A DNA stretch of 63,133 bases, counting the filler. It is 15 parts of 15 records of this genome, joined end to end, with 100 filler letters (N's around TTAATTAATTAA, not from the genome) between each part and the next. Parts side by side here need not be neighbours in the genome. Positions count along the whole stretch, not along the records: positions 59,470 to 63,133 come from SRR7504441_21005; 14 more parts are not named here. One strand, written 5' to 3'. Below, piece after piece: positions 59,554-63,133 of this stretch. Under the pieces are notes generated by a model. It was not told where the DNA came from. It did no database searches and saw only the letters and a program-made list of their open reading frames with translations. Position numbers and translations under genes: made by a program. How positions within the stretch are numbered: position 1 is the first letter of the stretch; the number at the start of each line of letters is the position of its first letter.

Positions 59554-60911
59554 TCAGCCGTCAGTGGTGATATACTGGACACCAAACTGATCCAGCAACA
59601 GCAGGCACTCATCCAACGTCGGCCCCACAACCGGCCGGCTAAGGTCCGACTGCCCCGGAACCAGCGCTTGATAATGCCCCGGTACGTACCTTATGGTCAC
59701 CAGATTGGCCTGCTCCCGTTCGGGGCTCCCTAGTTTGGCGTAGTTCCGGCCCTTGAACACCTCGCACCCGCCGCTGACCGAGTCGAAAATCAGCACCGCC
59801 AGTTCGCTTAGCAGCGCGTTCGAGTCTATCACGAAGAAAAGAAAATCGCTAAACGCCTCGAGGTGCTCGCCCACCGCCTCGCCGGCCCAGTGCGGATTGG
59901 CCTTGAGCACGGCCGCCTCGATTACCCGCTTCAAGTGCAGCGCCGTCTCCTTGACTAGCTCGTCTGAGGTGGCCACAGCCCGAAGATACGACCGGGCCAC
60001 GGACAGGTAGAAGCACTGGTTGTGCATAATCTCGCCTCGCTCGTTGGTGTTAGTCGAGCCCTGCCCCGGCTCGGCCCCTCCAGCGGGCCGCGCACCATGT
60101 CCTGCGTTGTCAGCCCGAGCGCAGACACAGCCTGTTCCATCAGCAGCACCTTGCCTGCCAAATCGACCCCGTCCCGCACAAACCAGCTATCCACCAGCCC
60201 TCGGTGGCTGCTGATCCGCTCCGCTGGCGGGAGCGCCGGCACGGCCAGTGGTTGCTCAGGCTCCAGCTGGGTGAGCTGCTTGTATGCTCGCTGCAGCTCC
60301 AGCCATTCCCCCACACCTCCGCCTCGGTCCGGGTGCGCCTGCAGCGCCCGCCGCCGGTACGCCGCCGTCACCGCCGCCCGGTCGGCCCCGTCCTCCACAC
60401 CGAGCACCGCGGCGGCCGTCCGGTCGGCCAGCGGCACCGCGCGGGCCTGGTGCACTCGGATGGCAAAATCCAGCAGCGAGTTGTCAATCGCTCGCTGCAG
60501 CTGATCGGCCGCCACCTGATCCGGGTGCTCCGCCCGCAGAAACCCCCAGGTCTCCCGTAGCGAGGCCGCCACCGGCGCCCGCGGCTCCGGTTGGGGCATG
60601 TCCGCCAGCGCCGGAGGCCTGTGTTCGTCCAGCACCACCGCCTGGTAGTCGGCGGCCGGGCCGAGCTGCTCGACCGCCTGCAGCCAGGACGGGGCCACGA
60701 TGTGCACCCCGAGCCGGCCGGCCCGCTGGAGCAGCTTGGGCGGCAGCCCGGCCCCGAGCACAAGGTGGCTGGCCTGCCCGAGCTCCTGCACCGGCTGGCC
60801 CCCGATCCGGCAGACCAGCTCGGCCAACCGCGCCCGCTCGGTCGGGTTGTCGGACCCGTCGGCGCTTTGAGCCACCACCAGCACCCGAGGCCCGCCCGCC
60901 AGCTGCTCCAT
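59554..60911 (-). CDS. BRCT + DnaJ + OTU-like cysteine protease domain protein, 2 exons
   Basis: BRCT (IGG..SHLV..HIVAPSWL), J-domain (VLGV..AYRRRALQAHPDRGG..LQRAY), NQCFYLSVA...GHYQAL; intron 60095-60061 (35 nt). Confidence 0.7.
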
Positions 60912-60977
60912 CGCAGCGAGACTGGTGAGCTGCAGTGCCGTTACTTTTTCCGGTGCTCGAGACGACCGCCTGGCGCG

Positions 60978-63032
60978 ATGGAGATGGGCCACGATGGGTC
61001 TCTCCGCCCGTCTGAGGTGGCCAGTCCGCCAGAGGGACTGGTGCACGGTGGGCCGCTCCGGCCGGATCTGGTGGAGCGGATCCCGCCGGCCGACTTGAAC
61101 GTGCTGCGGTTCATTCTTTCGTACCTGCAGCGGAGCCCGGCGGCGGTGCCGCTGTACGTAGTGGGCGGGTACGTGCGGGATCTTCTGCTGGGCAAGGTGC
61201 CCGACGACCTGGACCTCTCGTTCTGCCTGCGAGACGGCCCGGCCGAGCTCACGATGGCCAGCCTGTTCGGGCTCGGGCAGCCGGCCGACGGGGTGCCGGG
61301 CGGGCTGGCGGGGCACGCCGAGCAATGCCCCGAGTACGGAGTGGCCAGCGTGGAGCCGGTGCTGATGCAGTCGGACGAGTCCAAGAACAAGATGCTCGAC
61401 ACGGCCAAGGTGGTGCTCTCGCTGGCTGGGGGAAAGTTCGAGGTGGATCTGATGCCGACCATCGGAGAGGAGACCTACGACCAAGCCAACCGGGTGCCCG
61501 TCCGCAACCAGCGAGGCACCCCGCGCCAGGACGCGCTGCGGCGGGACCTGACCGTCGGGGCGCTGATGCTCGAGGTCTCGCTCCTCCCCGACGGCCAGCT
61601 CCAGTTCACTCTGCTGGACTTCTTTGGCGGGCTTGCGGACCTGCTCCCGCCACCCGGGAAGCCCGGAGTGCTGCGGTCGCCATTCCCGCCGGAGCGGGAG
61701 CCGGGCGAGCTGCTCGGGGAGGTGCTCGAGGGCGAGGCCGAGCTGGGGCTGGCCCGGGCGGTCGGGCTAGTCGGGAGCTGCCAGGCTATCTGGTGGGTTA
61801 AGGTGCTTAGGGACGACCCGCTCCGGGCGGTCCGGGCGCTCAGGTTCGAAGCCAAACTGGAGTTTGAGCTGGACCAGAGCTTCTGGCAGGCGGTGGCCTT
61901 CGGGCTCGAGCCGCTCAAGCTCAAGGTGGCCGGCTCGCGCAAGATGCAGGAAATGTGCAAGCTGGTCAAACTCGGGAGAGACAAACTGAAGAAATTCATG
62001 CTCGTCGCATTCGACAGGCGGTTCGTGGCCGGACCTGACGGCCAGACCGCATGCCTGGCCCCCGGCCTGTTTGGAGGGAACACAGCGAGTGGGGTGGCGC
62101 AGTTCCCTGCGGACGTCACTGGGTTTGACCGGGCAAGGTTTGAGAGGTCGGTGCTCGCTGTTCCTTCGATCGCTCACAGCGGGGACGCGCTGTTCGCCGA
62201 GTATCTGGTGGCGGCGCTGCTGGCCTGCTCGTTCGAGCCAGCCGGGTCTGCGGGCGAGCAGGCGGGCGAGCCCGGGCCGTCTGTCTGCCCGCAGTGGGCG
62301 CTGGTGTGCAATGGGATCCAGGCTTCCAACCCGATGCGCGACACCGGCAGCTTCCTCCTCGAGACGGAGTCACAACTCCGGGCCGCGCACGCCGCCCCGC
62401 CCATGCCGCACCACCTGGTCATGGCCGAGGCGCTCCGCACGGCCGGACACCACGAGGCCTCGCCGGAGCGTGTCGCCGGGCTGGTGCAGGTGTGGTCGTC
62501 GCTGGCATGGCCGACTGGCAACCACAGGCAAGTGACCCTGCCCAAAGGCTGGAACTCGACCGGCCGGCCAGCCGAGCAGTCGCTCGAGCCAGCCGCAGTC
62601 GAACTTGTCGGTTGCGAGCTCGAGTTGCTCCGGCAGCGGCAGCAGTACGTAGTGGCGCTTCTGCATGAGTCGAGCCCAGCCACAGCCGAGGCCGCAAGCG
62701 CCGCGCTCGAGCTGCTGGGCGAGCCGCTCCCGCTCCGGCTGACCGGCAAGTGCTTTGGCAAGGGCAAGGGCGAGGGCGCGCTCGGCAGGGTCCCGATGCA
62801 CATGCGGTCTGCGTTCTTGGCTTGGATGGAAGTGGCGTACCGGCTGCTCGACCCAGAGTTTAGCACAGGCCCGGTGGAGCAGCCGGAGGCCTTGGCGCGG
62901 TTTGGAGCCGAGCACGGGGGCTTGGTCGAGGGGCTGGTCGAGGCAATGTACGCTGGCCCGGACACGCTCAGGCCTGAATACCAAAAACCGAGCCCCGCCG
63001 GAACTAAGAAAAAAAGAGCTAAGAAAACGTGA
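60978..63032 (+). CDS. Class II tRNA nucleotidyltransferase / poly(A) polymerase family protein
   Basis: YVVGGYVRDLLLG, DDLDL, FEVDL, DALRRDLTVGAL, LLDFFGGLADL, DDPLRAVRALRF; basic C-terminal NLS-like tail. Confidence 0.9.
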   Translation: MEMGHDGSLRPSEVASPPEGLVHGGPLRPDLVERIPPADLNVLRFILSYLQRSPAAVPLYVVGGYVRDLLLGKVPDDLDLSFCLRDGPAELTMASLFGLGQPADGVPGGLAGHAEQCPEYGVASVEPVLMQSDESKNKMLDTAKVVLSLAGGKFEVDLMPTIGEETYDQANRVPVRNQRGTPRQDALRRDLTVGALMLEVSLLPDGQLQFTLLDFFGGLADLLPPPGKPGVLRSPFPPEREPGELLGEVLEGEAELGLARAVGLVGSCQAIWWVKVLRDDPLRAVRALRFEAKLEFELDQSFWQAVAFGLEPLKLKVAGSRKMQEMCKLVKLGRDKLKKFMLVAFDRRFVAGPDGQTACLAPGLFGGNTASGVAQFPADVTGFDRARFERSVLAVPSIAHSGDALFAEYLVAALLACSFEPAGSAGEQAGEPGPSVCPQWALVCNGIQASNPMRDTGSFLLETESQLRAAHAAPPMPHHLVMAEALRTAGHHEASPERVAGLVQVWSSLAWPTGNHRQVTLPKGWNSTGRPAEQSLEPAAVELVGCELELLRQRQQYVVALLHESSPATAEAASAALELLGEPLPLRLTGKCFGKGKGEGALGRVPMHMRSAFLAWMEVAYRLLDPEFSTGPVEQPEALARFGAEHGGLVEGLVEAMYAGPDTLRPEYQKPSPAGTKKKRAKKT

Positions 63033-63133
63033 TTTTCTAAACTATTGTCACCCTGAAAATTGATCACGGAATATAGTACACACAATTAATTCATTACGGG
63101 TCATGTGAGCCTTAGGGCTCCGACTTTCTAATA

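Noticed and set aside
1-63133. tRNA, rRNA, snRNA genes or telomeric repeats
   Set aside because: None recognisable by eye; a covariance-model scan would be needed to exclude them.

Overview
Not one locus: 15 short contigs (about 3-6 kb each) joined by 14 artificial 100-nt spacers (44 N + TTAATTAATTAA + 44 N), so synteny across spacers is meaningless. The DNA is a very compact, GC-rich nuclear genome of a flagellated protist (outer-arm dynein LC4, Gemin5, exportin-7, PET100, TVP15, and many secreted hydrolases suggesting phagotrophy). It has about 40 genes with tiny spliceosomal introns, mostly 35-47 nt. Main observations: (1) 10 of 11 head-to-head gene pairs share a 43-112 bp spacer containing a YAACGG (Myb-type) motif; (2) introns appear length-defined (about 41 nt), lack a polypyrimidine tract and often use weak GC donors; (3) a Ty1/copia-order retrotransposon has a chromodomain after its integrase and a CCCH finger in Gag; (4) a GH27 alpha-galactosidase is broken into permuted, partly inverted pieces; (5) a bacterial GAK-system-type CofD-like gene has acquired host-type introns. 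All gene models and family calls were made by eye, with no database search.
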